From the NCBI RefSeq assembly GCF_009914755.1, contig NC_060935.1: a stretch of 64,000 bases of DNA; one strand, written 5' to 3'. Origin of the DNA: the human T2T-CHM13v2.0 reference genome, Homo sapiens. The notes beneath the pieces were generated by a model. The model did not search any database and was not told where the DNA came from. It saw only the letters and a list, made by a program, of their open reading frames with translations. The translations under genes and the position numbers were made by a program. Below, piece after piece: positions 1 to 16,100 of this stretch. Numbering within the stretch: the first letter of the stretch is position 1; every line of letters begins with the position of its first letter.

Positions 1-219
1 AGCTCCACCTCCCGGGTTCACACCATTCTCCTGTCTCAGCCTCCCAAGTAGCTGGGACTACAGGTGCCTACCACCACGCCTGGCTAATTGTTTGTATTTT
101 TAGTAGAGACGGGGTTTCACCGTGTTAGCCAGGATGGTCTCGAACTCTTGACCTTGTGATCCGCCCACCTCGGCCTCCTAAAGTGCTGGGATTACAGGCG
201 TGAGCCACCGTGCCCGGCC
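1..219 (-). mobile_element. Alu (AluY/Sc-like), cut by the window start
   Basis: Reverse-complement Alu with caccgtgttagccaggatggtctcga and gaccttgtgatccgccc; ends tgcccggcc. Confidence 0.93.
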
Positions 220-553
220 GAGCTAGATTTTAACGGAAAAATCGTTTCCTGGGTAGATGTAGGAATGAAGAGTATAACAGACTTATAATTCCAGCTGCTG
301 TAACAGGTGGCCCTCCACAACATAAGTTTATTTCCAGCTCATGCGAAGTACAGTATGGATGTTTCTGGTCAGTAGGTGATTTTCCGTGGGGTTGTTTAAA
401 ATCCCCAGTTTCCTTCCCTCTTGTGGTTCCACGGCCCTGCTCCTGGGACATCAGAGTCTTCTGCTGGACCCTGCATTAAGCAGGCAAAGGCAAGAGAGTG
501 AGAGTGCAGGGTCATGTGGAAAGCTTGTACAGGTCAGGCTTGGAAGTAGAGTA

Positions 554-759
554 TAGCAGTACTCCCTTATCCGAGGTTTTGCTTTCTGTGGTTTCAGTTA
601 CCTGCAGTAAACTGTGGTCCAAAACTATCAATTGGAAAATTCCAAAAATAAACAATTCATAAGTTTTAAATTGCATGCTGTTTTGAGTATTGTTATGATT
701 GTGTCTTATTAGTTATTGTTGATTTCCTACTGTGCCTAATTTATAAATTAAACTTTATC

Positions 760-796
<37 letters not shown>

Positions 797-896
797 GGAA
801 AACCATAGTAAGCATAGGGTTTGGTACTATCCATGATTTCAGGCATCCATTTGGGGTCTTGGCATGTGTCTTGGCCTTATCTGCAGGGGGCTACTG
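554..896 (+). mobile_element. MER44/Tigger7 non-autonomous DNA transposon, inserted in an old MLT1-type LTR (about 230-553 and 899-1040)
   Basis: TIR-like ends cagtactcccttatcc ... gggggctactg flanked by TA; body ggtttcagttacctgcag...aaattccaaaaataaacaattcataagttttaaattgc matches MER44. Confidence 0.8.
761..792 (+). repeat. (TATG)8 microsatellite
   Basis: Eight perfect units. Confidence 0.95.
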
Positions 897-1440
897 TATA
901 TCATGTCTGTCCATGACTTCCACTGGCAGAACTTGGTTATAAAGCTGACTTAACTGCAAAGGAGGCTGGGAAATGCAGTGTAGCTGTTTCCACAAGAAAA
1001 ATGAAATATGTTTTGAAGAACACACAGCAGCCTCTGCCACAAAGGTCATCCTACAGGATTTTGTGCTGTGAAGAACTAGTTTTCTCTTGGGCCAGTCTAA
1101 TGGAAGTGTAATGTTAGACAATTGTGAAGATTGAGTTTCTGACCAGGGACTATCTTTATCAAATTGTGGTTATTGGGAGAGAGCTCACCACACCCCTGGT
1201 TGGGTCAAGAATCCCCAAGTAAGATAGCAGCTCAGATATTTAACAGGTTCTGAAATGTAAGAGGGAGCTGGGTGAAGAGGGTAAGAGTTCTCACCTCAAT
1301 GGATGAAGGCCTCAACACTGTCCACGGCCTCTGTAACTCACAGGTCTGGGATATCGATGGAGAACTCAGGTCTATCCCATTTGACAAATGGACAATAATT
1401 GATTCTTATACTTAAAACCTGCTTTTTTCTCTCTCTGCAG

Positions 1441-1547
1441 TAACACTTTCAGCTGCTCCTCCCTCCTACTTCAGAGGATTCACATTAATTGCCCTCAGAG
1501 AGAACAGAGAGGGTGATAAGGAAGAAGACCATGCTGGGACCTTCCAG
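1441..1547 (+). CDS. SPON1: SPON1 (F-spondin) internal coding exon, probably exon 2; reeler domain; 107 nt, phase 1 to phase 0
   Basis: Acceptor gcttttttctctctctgcAG (AG 1439-1440) and donor CAG|GTAAGA (GT 1548-1549). Translates as (V)TLSAAPPSYFRGFTLIALRENREGDKEEDHAGTFQ, matching my recollection of human F-spondin. Exon number is inferred from protein position. Confidence 0.96.
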
Positions 1548-2689
1548 GTAAGACCCTGCCTGGGCTTATTCAGTGGCCCTCCCTGCCCTAGGAGGTAGAG
1601 GCTGGAGAGGTACAAGTGTCTCAGGTGGCTTCCCATGCAGTCCCTTGACCGTTGGCCAACGGGGGCAGGTCCATTTGAAAGGGTCATCATGGAGCAAGCA
1701 GCAAATGCCGCACACCTATCTGAGCAAGGTTGGCCATGGGGCAGGCCTTGTTTTGTCTCAGCAGATCACGGGGCTCTTCTCTGGGCCCACAGTGTCCTTC
1801 AGCAGCCAAGCGTGGGGAGAGCACTTGGAGCCCTGGCTAGGCCTGGCTGTTTTGCCTGCACAGGCATTTCGTGATTGACTGGTTAATTCTCAAATGTAAA
1901 CGGAACAAGAGCTCGGGACCGCCAGGCTGGAGGGAGTTCAAAGCACAGGAGAAGGACTATTAAGGGAATGTAGAGATTGATTTATGAGGGAAGATTAAAA
2001 GAATTAAACATGCTTTTCTTGGCCAAATGAACAGGGCCGAGTTTAAGAGGTGGTAATGGTCTTTAAATGTCAGTCCTCACAGAACAACCTCCTCAAGGGG
2101 AAGCTTCATTTGACTTTGCATGAAAGGGCACACTAAGACAAAAGTGGGTCAAGAAAAGAAAGGGAATCGCACAGACAAGGACCCCAACAGTGAGTCATAT
2201 TTCACTGTGGAATATTCTTCCAAGGGAAGTGGTAGGAACGTCATCCCCTTTCAGAGGTTTAGAAAAGAGCCGGCAAGTTGTCAGAACACATCCCAGAAGG
2301 ACTGGAGTGATCCTAGGAGGAGGCCTGGCCAAATTTGCTGTAATTACTTCTCATCTCAGATTTCCATTGTTCTGGAATTCATTTTTATCTGGCATTTGCA
2401 AATTAAGAAGAAAAAAACTCAGAGAATACTTATACCCATAGCTGGCTGCTGGAGACTCTGGTGCAATCTGTGGGCTCCGTGGAGGACCCTGACCCAAATA
2501 CCTCCCTTATCCAAAGGCATCTTTTAATCCTTGTGGCCAGGTTGTAATTTTTAATCCTGTGATTTAAATTATTTTTCTGCTCTCTGGGATTCTAGGTTTT
2601 GGGCCTGGTGAGACTTAATTCCACGCTCACCGTAATGTCCTTCTATGGCAAAGAACCTCTTGGCATGTATCTGAAAGGGTGACCCAATA

Positions 2690-2893
2690 ATAATACTAGC
2701 AACAGCCAATATTTGTTGGGTACATACCATATGCCAGACACTATGCTAAGTGCTTTACTTTATCTTAGTTTATCCTGTCTTTGTTTAGTTTATCTTTGTT
2801 TAATTCTCAAAACAACCCTAGTATGTAGGAACTATTATCCCCATTTTTGGACCAGGAAATTGAAACTAGAGAGATTAAATCACTTGCCTAAGC
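2690..2893 (-). mobile_element. MIR
   Basis: tgccagacactatgctaagtgcttt...ttatccccattttt...gaaattgaaact...cacttgcctaag. Confidence 0.75.
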
Positions 2894-2905
2894 TTGCTTA
2901 TTGCT

Positions 2906-3292
2906 TGTTTTAGTCCATTTTGTGTTTCTCTAACAAAACACCTGACACTAGATAATGTATAAACAATAGAAGTTTATTTCACTTACTTGACATGAGACTG
3001 GGAAGTCTCATATCAAGGTACCTGCATCTTATGAGGGCCTTCTTGCTGCATTATCCCATGGGGAAAGGCAGAAGGGTAAGAGAAGGTGAGAGCAAGAGGG
3101 GTCCAAACTCACCTTTATAACAAATCCACTCTCAAGATAACTAATCCACTCCCACGACAACCACAATCCATTCACAAAGGTAGAGCCATCACGACTTCAT
3201 CACCTCTTATTAGGCCCTACCTCTCAACACTGTTGCATTGGGGATTAAGTTTCCAACACATAAACTTTGGGGGACACATTCAAACCATAGCA
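2906..3292 (-). mobile_element. MaLR solo LTR (MSTC/MSTD-like)
   Basis: tgttttagtccattttgtgtt ... gggggacacattcaaaccatagca termini. Confidence 0.8.
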
Positions 3293-3571
3293 GCACTGTT
3301 CTGGCTAAATTCAGTAAGTTGATAGTCTTCTCTGACTCACAGTTGTTTCTGCTTAGCTTAATCCTTGTTCTTGCAACTGATTGGTGAATACAGGGCCCTG
3401 CTCATAGTGGGCAGCGCATAAATATTTGCTGAATGAGTGGATAAACATTTGACTCTTTCTGCTAGTGTCCAGACCTCAGTCCTATTTGGAACTGTTGTTG
3501 AACTCCTATCTCTGTATGCATCCTCCCTTCTTCCTCCTCTTAGAGCTTCAGACATCCTCTCTTGTTACACA

Positions 3572-3760
3572 GCAGTGGTTCTCAGAATGCAGTCTCAGGA
3601 CCAGCAGCATCAGCAACACCTGGGAACTTGTTAGAAATGCAAAATCTCAAGCCCATCCAGACTTACTGAATCAGAAACTCTGAGGGCAGGGCCCTCACAA
3701 CCTGTGTTTTAACAAGCCTTCAGGGTGAATCTGATGCATGCTCAGATTTGGGACCCATTA
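3572..3760. mobile_element. MER5A (hAT-Charlie)
   Basis: cagtggttctca...cagcagcatcagca...acctgggaacttgttagaaatgc...tactgaatcagaaactctg...ttttaacaagcc. Confidence 0.85.
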
Positions 3761-3904
3761 TTCTAATGAGACATAGACCAGCCCTCTAACGGGATGTCGT
3801 CCATCATCACGTCAACACATCTGTCTGTTCCTATCTATTCTCTCATTGTTTCCACCAGCCCTAGAGGGATCAAAGTGGGATAAGAATATGAAAATGCCTA
3901 GCAT

Positions 3905-4375
3905 ATGATAACGACAATAGCTAACACTTAAACAGTGCTTGTGTGCCAGATACTGTTCTGAGTGGTTTATATTTGTTAACTGAGTTTATCTTCAGAGTGA
4001 CATGATGAGGTAAGCATTATTATCCTATTTTCCACAGAAGAGAAACTTGTGGCAAAGAACAACTAAGTAACTTTCCTAAGATGCCCAGCTCTAAGTGATA
4101 AAGCTGGGGTTCAAACCCGGGCAGTCTGTCTCTGGGTACCTGCCTGTGACCACTGTGTATGCCATCTCTCAGTGTATACCTGTTAAATGAAAAAATAAGG
4201 GCCCACTATGACTTTTATGACAGTCTCTGTGCCAGGTGCTTTATATGCATTAGCCTTTTCTTTTTTCCCCTTAATTCTTGTAGCAACCTTGTGTGGTCAG
4301 TATTGTTATCTTCATTTTTCAGATGATGAAACTGAGTCCCCAAGGAGTTCACTAAGTTGACTAAGACAGTCCAGC
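3905..4375 (-). mobile_element. Two adjacent MIR copies
   Basis: MIR core motifs tgtgccagatactgttctgagtg..., ggttcaaacccgggcagtctg and cattttcagatgatgaaactgag. Confidence 0.7.
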
Positions 4376-4964
4376 ATCTCAAGGGTCCAAACACTGTGCC
4401 AGTTTCTTATTTCTCAAAAGTTATCTCCTCACCCCTGCCCTGCCCTACCCTTGTGCCATCAAAATGCACACTCCGCTTGGGTTCCAATTGTCTCAGAGAT
4501 TTGGGGGAAGGAATCATAGCCCATGCCCCTCATCTTACTTCACCTGCTCCTGTGATATGTGGCCCCCATGCTGTCCCTTCCAAATCTATCATGAAAGTAT
4601 TTTTTCTCTGTACCAAAGCTGTTATCTTTGGAGTCCTTGATTTATTCAGCAGCATTTGTTGAGTGCCTGCTGGGTGCTAGGCACTGAGTTAGGCATTGGG
4701 GATAGGGTGGTGAGAAAAACAGAGATAGTCCTCATGAAGCCTAAGGAGTCCTCCTTGTCATCATCCCATAAACTGACCTCTGTTGCTGAAAGTCAACAAG
4801 TCACCCATTGAAACATAAGCCAACAATCAGAAAGAACAAATGCCATTGTAATTAAATATATATATATAGTGATTTAACAAATAGATAAAGACTTCTGTTT
4901 AACACCTTCACTTCAAATATGATGACTTTGAGGGCTTAACAACAACCACAAAATTCTAATACTC

Positions 4965-5165
4965 ATTCATTGATACATAATATTTAACATATTTGTTGGA
5001 TACGTATGATATTGTTATATATATAGAATGTGTAATGATCAAGTCAAATATTTCAGGTATCCCGTCACTTTGAATATTTATCATTTCTATGTGTTAGGAA
5101 CAATTCAAATACTCTCTTCTTGCTACTTTGAAATACACAATACATTGTTGTTAACTATAGTCACT
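4965..5165 (-). mobile_element. Old L1MA 3' end fragment
   Basis: gaatgtgtaatgatcaagtca...aatactctcttcttgctactttgaaatacacaatacattgttgttaactatagtcac. Confidence 0.75.
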
Positions 5166-5374
5166 CTGAATATTCTTTTTTTTTTTTTTAAGTTCTGGGG
5201 TACGTGTGCAGTTTTGCTACATAGGTATACATGTGCCATGGTGGTTTGCTGCACTCATAAACCCGTCACCTACATTAGATATTTCTCCTAATGTTATCTC
5301 TCCCCTAGCCCCCGACCCCCCGACAGACCCTGGTATGTGATGTTCCCCTCCCTATGTCCACGTGTTCTCATTGT

Positions 5375-8680
<3,306 letters not shown>

Positions 8681-8966
8681 GTCCTGAATATCCTTGTTAA
8701 TTTTCTATCTCATTGATCTGTCTAATATTGGCAGTGGGGTGTTAAAGTCTCCCGCTATTACTGTGTGGGAGTCTAAGTCTCTTTGTGGTCTCTAAGAACT
8801 TGCTTTATGAATCTGAGTGCTCCTGTATTGGGTGCACATATATTTAGGATAGTTAGCTCTTCTTACTGCATTGATCCCTTTACCATTCTGTAATGCCCTT
8901 CTTTGTCTCTTTTGATCTTTGTTGGTTTAAAGTCTGTTTTATCAGAGATTAGGATTGCAACTCCTG

Positions 8967-8967
<1 letters not shown>

Positions 8968-8997
<30 letters not shown>
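8968..8997 (+). repeat. T30 homopolymer inside L1 ORF2
   Basis: 30 consecutive T where L1 normally has a short A-run (minus strand). Confidence 0.95.
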
Positions 8998-9000
<3 letters not shown>

Positions 9001-9608
9001 TTCCATTTGTTTGGTAAATATTCCTCCATCCCTTTATTTTGAGCCTATGTGTGTCTTTGCATGTTAGATGGGTCTCCTGAATACAGCACACTGATGGGTC
9101 TTGACCATTTATCCAATTTGTCAGTCTGTGTCTTTTAATTGGGGCATTTAGCCCATTTACATTTAAGTTTAATATTATTATGTGTCAATTTGATCCTGTC
9201 ATTATGATGCTAGCTGGTTGTTTTTCCCGTTAGTTGATGCAGTTTCTTCATAGTGTCGATATTCTTTACCATTTGGCATATTTTTGCGGTGGCTGATACC
9301 AGTTGTTCCTTTCCATGTTTAGTGCTTCTTTCAGGAGCTCTTGTAAGGCATGCCTGTTGGTGACAAAATCTCTCAGCGTTTGCTTGTCTGTAAAGGATTT
9401 TATTTCTCCTTCACTTATGAAGCTTAGTTTGGCTGGATATGAAATTCTGGGTTGAAAATTCTTTTCTTTAAGAATGTTAAATATTGGCCCCCACTCTCTT
9501 CTGGCTTATAGGGTTTCTGCAGAGAGATCTGCTATTAGTCTGATGGGCTTCCCTTTGTGGGTAACACGACCTTTCTCTCTGGCTGCCCTTAACATTTTTT
9601 CCTTCATT

Positions 9609-10293
9609 TTAACCTTGGTGAATCTGACAATTAATGTGTCTTGGGGTTGCTCTTCTCGAGGAGTATCTTTGTGGTGTTCTCTGTATTTCCTGAATTTGAA
9701 TGTTGGCCTGTCTTGCTAGGTTGGAGAAGTTCTCCTGGATAATATCCTGAAAAGTGTTTTCCAACTTGGTTCCATTCTCCCCGTCACTTTCAGGTACACC
9801 CATCAAACATAGATTTGGTCTTTTCACATAGTCCCATATTTCTTGGAGGCTTTGTTTGTTCCTTTTTATTCTTTTTTTCTCTAATCTTGCCTGCTCTCTT
9901 TATTTCATTAAGTTGATCTTTAATCACGGATATCCTTTCTTCCACTTGATCAATTTGGCTATTGAAACTTGTGAATGCTTCAGGAAGTTCTCGTACTGTG
10001 TTTTTCAGCTCCATCAGGTCATTTATGTTCTTCTCTACACTGGTTATTCTAGTCAGCAATTCATCTAACCTTTTTTCAAGGTTCTTAGCTTCCTTGCATT
10101 GGGTTAGAACATGCTCCTTTAGCTCAGAGGAGTTTGTTATTACCCGCCTTCTGAAGCCTACTTCTGTCAATTCATCAAACTTATTCTCTGTCCAGTTTTG
10201 TTCCCTTGCTGGTGAGGAGTTGCGATCCTTTGTAGGATAAGCGGCATTCTGATTTTTGGAATTTTCAAACTTTTTTTGCTGGCTTATCCACAT
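9609..10293 (-). pseudogene. L1 ORF1p fragments (frameshifted)
   Basis: ORFs 9790-10293 (ENSKNQ...ELTEVGFRR...EKNINDLMELKN) and 9609-9827 (KRPNL...GVPESDGENGTKLENT...DIIQENF). Confidence 0.9.
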
Positions 10294-10976
10294 CTTTATG
10301 GATTTATCTACCTTTGGTCTTTGATGTTGGTGACCTTCTGATGGGGTCTTTGAGTGGACGTGCTATTCCTTTCTGTTTGTTAGTTTTCCTTCTGACAGCC
10401 AGGCCCCTGTGCTGCCAGTCTGCTGGAGTTTGCTGGAGGTCCACTCCTGACCCTGTTTGCCTGGGTATCACCAGTGGAGACTGCAGAACACAAAGATTGT
10501 TGCCTGATCTTTCCTCTGGAAGCTTCATCCTAGAGGGGCACCTGCCAGATGCCAGCCAGAGCTCTCCTGTATGAGATGTCTGTTGGTTCCTACTGGGAGG
10601 TGTCTCCCAGTCAGAATACACGGGGGTCAGGGACCCACTTGAGGAGGCAGTCTGACCCTTAGCAGAACTTGAATGCTGTGCTGGGAGGTCCACTGCTCTC
10701 TTCAGAGCCATCAGGCAGGGCCTTTTAAGTCTGCTGAAGCTGCAACCATAGCTACCCCTTTCCCCAGGTGCTCTGTCCCAGGAAGATGGGGTTTTTATCT
10801 ATAAGTCCCTGACTGGGGCTGCTGCCTTTTTTTCAGAGATGTCCTGCCCAGAGAAGAGAAATCTGGCAGTCTGGCCACAGCAGCCTTGCTCAGCTGCAGT
10901 GGGCCCCACCCAGTTTGAACTTCCCAGTGGCTTTGTTTACACTGTGACCATAAAACTGTCTACTCAAGCCTCAGGA

Positions 10977-11261
10977 ATGGCGGACGCCCCTTCCTCCACC
11001 AAGCTCGAGCGTCCCAGGTCCATCTCAGACTGCTGCTGTGCTGGCAGCGAGAATTTCAAGCCAGTGGATCTTAGTTTGCTGGGCTCCGTGGGGGTGGGAC
11101 CTGCCGAGCCAGACCACTTGGCTCCCTGGCTTCAGCACCCCTTTCCGGGGGGTGAACGGTTCTGTCTCGCTGCTGTTCCAGGCACCACCGGGGTATGGAA
11201 GAAAAGAACTCCTGCAGCTAGTTCAGTATCTGCCCAAATGGCCACCCGGTTTTGTGCTTGA
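10977..11261 (+). other. ORF0-like antisense ORF in the L1 5' UTR (94 aa; extendable upstream to 10839)
   Basis: GGAATGG Kozak context; MADAPSSTKLERPRSISDCCC...SVGVGPAEP aligns by eye to L1 ORF0 (MAGAPPPASLPPCSLISDCC...SVGVGPSEP). Translation is not demonstrated. Confidence 0.65.
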
Positions 11262-13886
11262 AACCCAGGGCCCTGGTTGGGTAGGCACCAGAGGAAGTCT
11301 CCTGGTTTGTGGGTTGTGAAAACCGTGGGACAAGTGCAGTATCTGTGCCGGAGTTCCTCAGGCTCAGTCCCTCATGGCTCCCCTTGTGTAGGGGAGAAAA
11401 TTCCCTGACCCCTTGCTCTTCCTGGGTGAGGTGACGCTCCATCCTGCTTTGGCTTGCTCTCTGTGGGCTGCACCCACTGTCCAACCAGTCCCAATGAGAT
11501 GAACCAGGTACCTCAGTTGGAAATGCAGAAATCACCTGCTTTCTGTATCAATCTCACTGGGAGCTGTAGACCAGAGCTGTTCCTATTCAGCCATCTTGCC
11601 AGCCTCCCCTAAATATTCTTTAAATTTGGTTAAAGATTGCATTTGTGGCTCTAAAAGTGACTTTGAGAGAGGGTTACTTTGCTTCTTTGAGTGAATCCTT
11701 ATACAGAGAACACAGACTCACAAAATACAAACACAACAAAAGCAAATTTTAATGCTGTCTTTGCACCTCCCTAGACTTAGTGGCGAGGGAATGGGCTTCC
11801 TAGTACCAGGGAAAGTAAGAATTACAGCTCTCACCTCTCCAAAGAAGGCCGAGGAGAAGGGGGTGGGGCTACCTGCTCTGGCCCCAACAGCGGGTTCCAG
11901 CACAACAGCATTGGCACACACTAGATGTCAGAAAACACAGAGCCTCTCTTTGATGAGATAGCTGATTCGGTGAAAGTGGCAAGGAACTCAGGGACTCAAT
12001 TGCCTGTACAAAAGTAACCCACCAATCCTTAAAAATTATATTACCAAAAACTGCTCCCTGGAATGCTGTGGCCCAGCCAGCTGCCCAGCTCACTCTCTTG
12101 TCTCCTTCAGGTCTCTGATCAGCGGTCCCTTTCCAGGGAGCCCTGCCCTGATCGTCTTATCAGGCACTTCATTCCTCCTCCCACCCTGAGCGAGGCTCTT
12201 TCTCTCTCTCCCCAACTTAGTGTTTTTCCATTGCAGTTATTGCCACCTGCCATGCTATTTTACTTATTAACTTGTGTGCTATCTGTCACCTTCCACTGAA
12301 CTATAAGATCTACAGGGCAGGATTTTAATCTATCTCCCTTCAGAGTATCCCTGGCAGCAACTATGAACAGGACAGAGCAGGCACATGAATATTTAGGGAC
12401 AGAATTTTAAGCACAGCATTTGCACTAAAATTTAAGCTGCTAATTTATAATACTATTCATTGCCTTGTTTTATTTTTAATTTAAGTCCTTCAGGCATCAA
12501 CTAGTTTAGGTAACACTCTGCCAATCAAAGGAAAAAAGTCTCAAAACAAAAGGATATTTGTCTGAGAAGAGCAGATCAATACCATGCAAGCAAGTATCTT
12601 TTAATAGTCTTTTATATTCATAATCACCTGTTTTTAAACTATTTTTGTGATCTCTACATTAACAATAAATATTTAGTGGCATTTAATGGGTTCTGAGCCA
12701 CGTTAGAACCTAAAAGGGCTTTTGACACACTTTTCTAAAAATAAAATGCTATTGCAAGCTTGTTCTCAGGAATTCTCTTTGAGTTCATAGGAAAACCTGC
12801 TCTCATTACACTAACCTAAGCTTAATCAGTCCCCTTATAAGATGTTAGGATTTTTAAAACTGCCATTCACTATTATAAATAATGGAGTAGAAACAGTTTC
12901 TTGCATAAAACTTTTTCTCATTTGGTATTGTTCACTAGGACAGGTTCCTAGAAGTATAATCACAAATGCAAAGGATATGGACATTTTTTATGGTTCTAAT
13001 ATGTATTGCCAAGATGATCCCCCATCCCCACACACACACACACAAAACCTGCACTCAACAAAATGGAATATGGGCATTCCATCATGGAAGTCATGGCCAC
13101 TGATGTGAAGGGAAACAGACATATGAGATCAGGACTGGGAATCACAAGATTTGAGCAGGTTAAATCGATAGATCAAATTTAGCAAGATGAAAGCTAATGG
13201 AGGAAGAGAGAAACACAGAAAACCACCTACTTGGATCCAAATAACCAATTGCACGAGTACAAGATGAGAGATTTGGATTTATGGCAGCACATGAAACAAA
13301 CAACAATAACAAGAAAAATACTCTAGAACTTTCAGTTGCCATTAAGTAAGTTAAGAATGAATCATCCATGAGATAGGACCACAGAAAACTCATGAGGTCT
13401 TAGGATGTATCATAGGAGCATAGTGGCCAGAACACAGGATTTTGATTTTCTTATGAGATTCTTATGCCATTCTGAGAGAGCCCACAATATTCCCTTTCTT
13501 TCTCTATATAGTATAACTTTCAGTGAATGAATATTGAAATATAAAATATACAGTGTTTTCTTTCTTTCATTCATTTGTTCATTCAAGTATTTCCATATCA
13601 TTCATAGTACCCAGTTCTTTTTCTTCAGAGTAGTTATTGAAATTTATAATTATTTGTAGGATTATTTGTTTAATATTACTCTGTTCTACCAAACTGTAGG
13701 GCAAAATCATGTCTATTTAATTCACTGTTGTATTTCTAACCACTAGCACTGTGAGTGTTACATAGTGGACACTCAGTAAATATAGTAAGTATTTGCTGAC
13801 ATGAATTAATGAATGCACTAATGACCAGCTATGCAAAATGCAACATACTAGGCTCTGTGATATGGAGATGAATAAATAAGACATGG

Positions 13887-14252
13887 TATGTTAGTCTGTT
13901 TTCACACTGCTATAAAGATACTACCTGAGACTGGGTAGTTTATAAACAAAGAGGTTTAATTGACTCACAGTTCTGCATAGCTGGGGAGGCCTCAGGAAAC
14001 TTACAATCATGGTAGAAGGCAAAGGGGGAGCAGTCACCTTCTTCATAAGGTGGCTGGAGAGAGAGAGCAAGACAACAAAGTGCCACACTTTAAAACCATC
14101 AGCTCTCGTGAGACCTGACTCACTTATCACGAGAACAGCATGGAGAAAACCGCCCCCATGATCCAATCACCTCCCACCAGGTCCCTCCCCTACACATGGG
14201 GATTAAAATTTGAGATGAGATTTGGGTAGGGACACAGAGCCAAACCATATCA
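13887..14252 (-). mobile_element. MSTA/THE1-type MaLR solo LTR inserted in an L2 fragment
   Basis: ttagtctgttttcacactgctataaag...gcctcaggaaacttacaatcatgg...gacacagagccaaaccatatca; catgg on both flanks. Confidence 0.88.
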
Positions 14253-15894
14253 TGGCCCCTGGTATTAGGAGGTCAAAGTCTACAGAAGAACTTCCCAGTT
14301 CAGTATTTTATGTACACTGGTGGATCACAGATAGGTTGAAGGAGAACCCAGATGTGTATTTCCCTAGATATTAGGGTGGCCTCCTCTGTTTACCCTAGGG
14401 AAATATTACCATTTTCTATATGTGACATGGAGTCAAGAGACCTGTTAGAAAGAACCATATTGCAGCCTGCTAGATGCTAAAATTGCTGCATCTGTGCAAA
14501 TAAGAAAACAATCATTTGCAGAAAGTGGGTAGTGAGTGCTGATTTGGGAGCACAGAAAGGACATTTACAGAGACAATAACCTTTGAGCTATCTCTTAGAG
14601 TCGTTGAAATTTCAACTGGACAAGGAGTGAAGAGTGTGTGTGAAGACCACTCTATTTTTGCCTCACACCTCTATTTTAAAATTTGCCATATTTTAATGTT
14701 TTACTATATCTTCTTTAACAAGCACCTAGAGCCTCACAAGGGCCTAGTAAAAGTTTTTTTTTTTTAATAAGAAATGAACCAGGGGATAAATGACATTCTG
14801 TCCCTTCCCCTTCCCTTGAGGAGCTCACTTGGTGTAAAATGCCTCTGCAGAGCTATAATGCACAAACAACACATTTTAAAAGCGATGTCAACACCTCTTG
14901 CTTAACACTTAGTTTTCTTGCTTAAAATTGCCGTGTGAAAAGTCATTTGTAAGAAGCACAAGAAGCAATGTGCACTGTGAGTGCCTGGAATGGACATTGG
15001 GTCCTCACACTTCTGCAGCCCTGGTCTCTAGTGCCTGCTGCCAGAAAAGATGAAAAATCATTTTCCTTCCCAGCAAGAAAGCCTGAGTCTGGGAACCAGA
15101 GGTATTATTAAGACTTAAGCATCACTCCTCTCAACAGAGCACACTTGTGTTTTGTGTTATAAAATACAGAAAAGGATAAATACAGAGAAAGATAAAAAAG
15201 AAATAAAAATATGTCATTTTATAATCTAGAGATAATCATTAACATTTGGGTATATTTCCTTCCAGGTTATATATTATATAGAAAACACACCTATGTGTGT
15301 ATATATATATATACACACACACCTATATATATAATTTTTGAACAGAATATTGGAACCATTCTCTATATAGGGTTTTATATCCTGTTTTATTTTTATGGGA
15401 ACATTATATTGTGAACATATTTCAATGAAATTAAATGTTCCACATGATTTTTAATGGCTTTGTAATACTCCATCATACTGTTGAATTATAATTTATTCGA
15501 AGATTCCTCTATTATTGGCAAGATAGGTGGTTCTAATTTTCTTTTCTTTACTTTTATATAAAACACTGCAGTGAACACCGTAACACATAAATCTTTGCAC
15601 CTGTATTTGCTTATGATAAAAGCAAAGTTTTATGCATCTGTATTTGCTTATGATAAATGAAATTATAGGGTCAAAGTAAAGTTTCTCTCTCTGTACATAC
15701 TCACATGTATGTATGCACACATGTATATGTATATATGAGCTCTATTTCTGGAGGCAGCCGTTTGGGTTTTGACAGTGTCAGTGGTGGGCACACAGGTTAG
15801 CATCACAGTAGAAAGTATTCCTATTTTCAGGCTGCTCTAACTACTCAGAAAGGACCATGCATCTAGCTTAGCTTTGCTATTTAAAATATACAGC

Positions 15895-16100
15895 GAGTAT
15901 GTGGAAAGACTTTGGGTTTTGGAATCATTAGATCATTGGACTAGGAGTCAAATTCTGCCCTACTAGCTAAGTCAAGAAGTCGCTGAATTTATCTGAAACT
16001 TACTTAGTCCCTTCATCTACAAAATAAAAATGATCAAAATAAAATAATGTATGTAAAATGCCCAACACAGTGCCTGGACATAAGGGACCCTCAATCAATG
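15895..16100 (+). mobile_element. MIR
   Basis: ctttgggttttggaatca...ctgccctactagct...catctacaaaataaaa...aacacagtgcctggacata. Confidence 0.65.
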
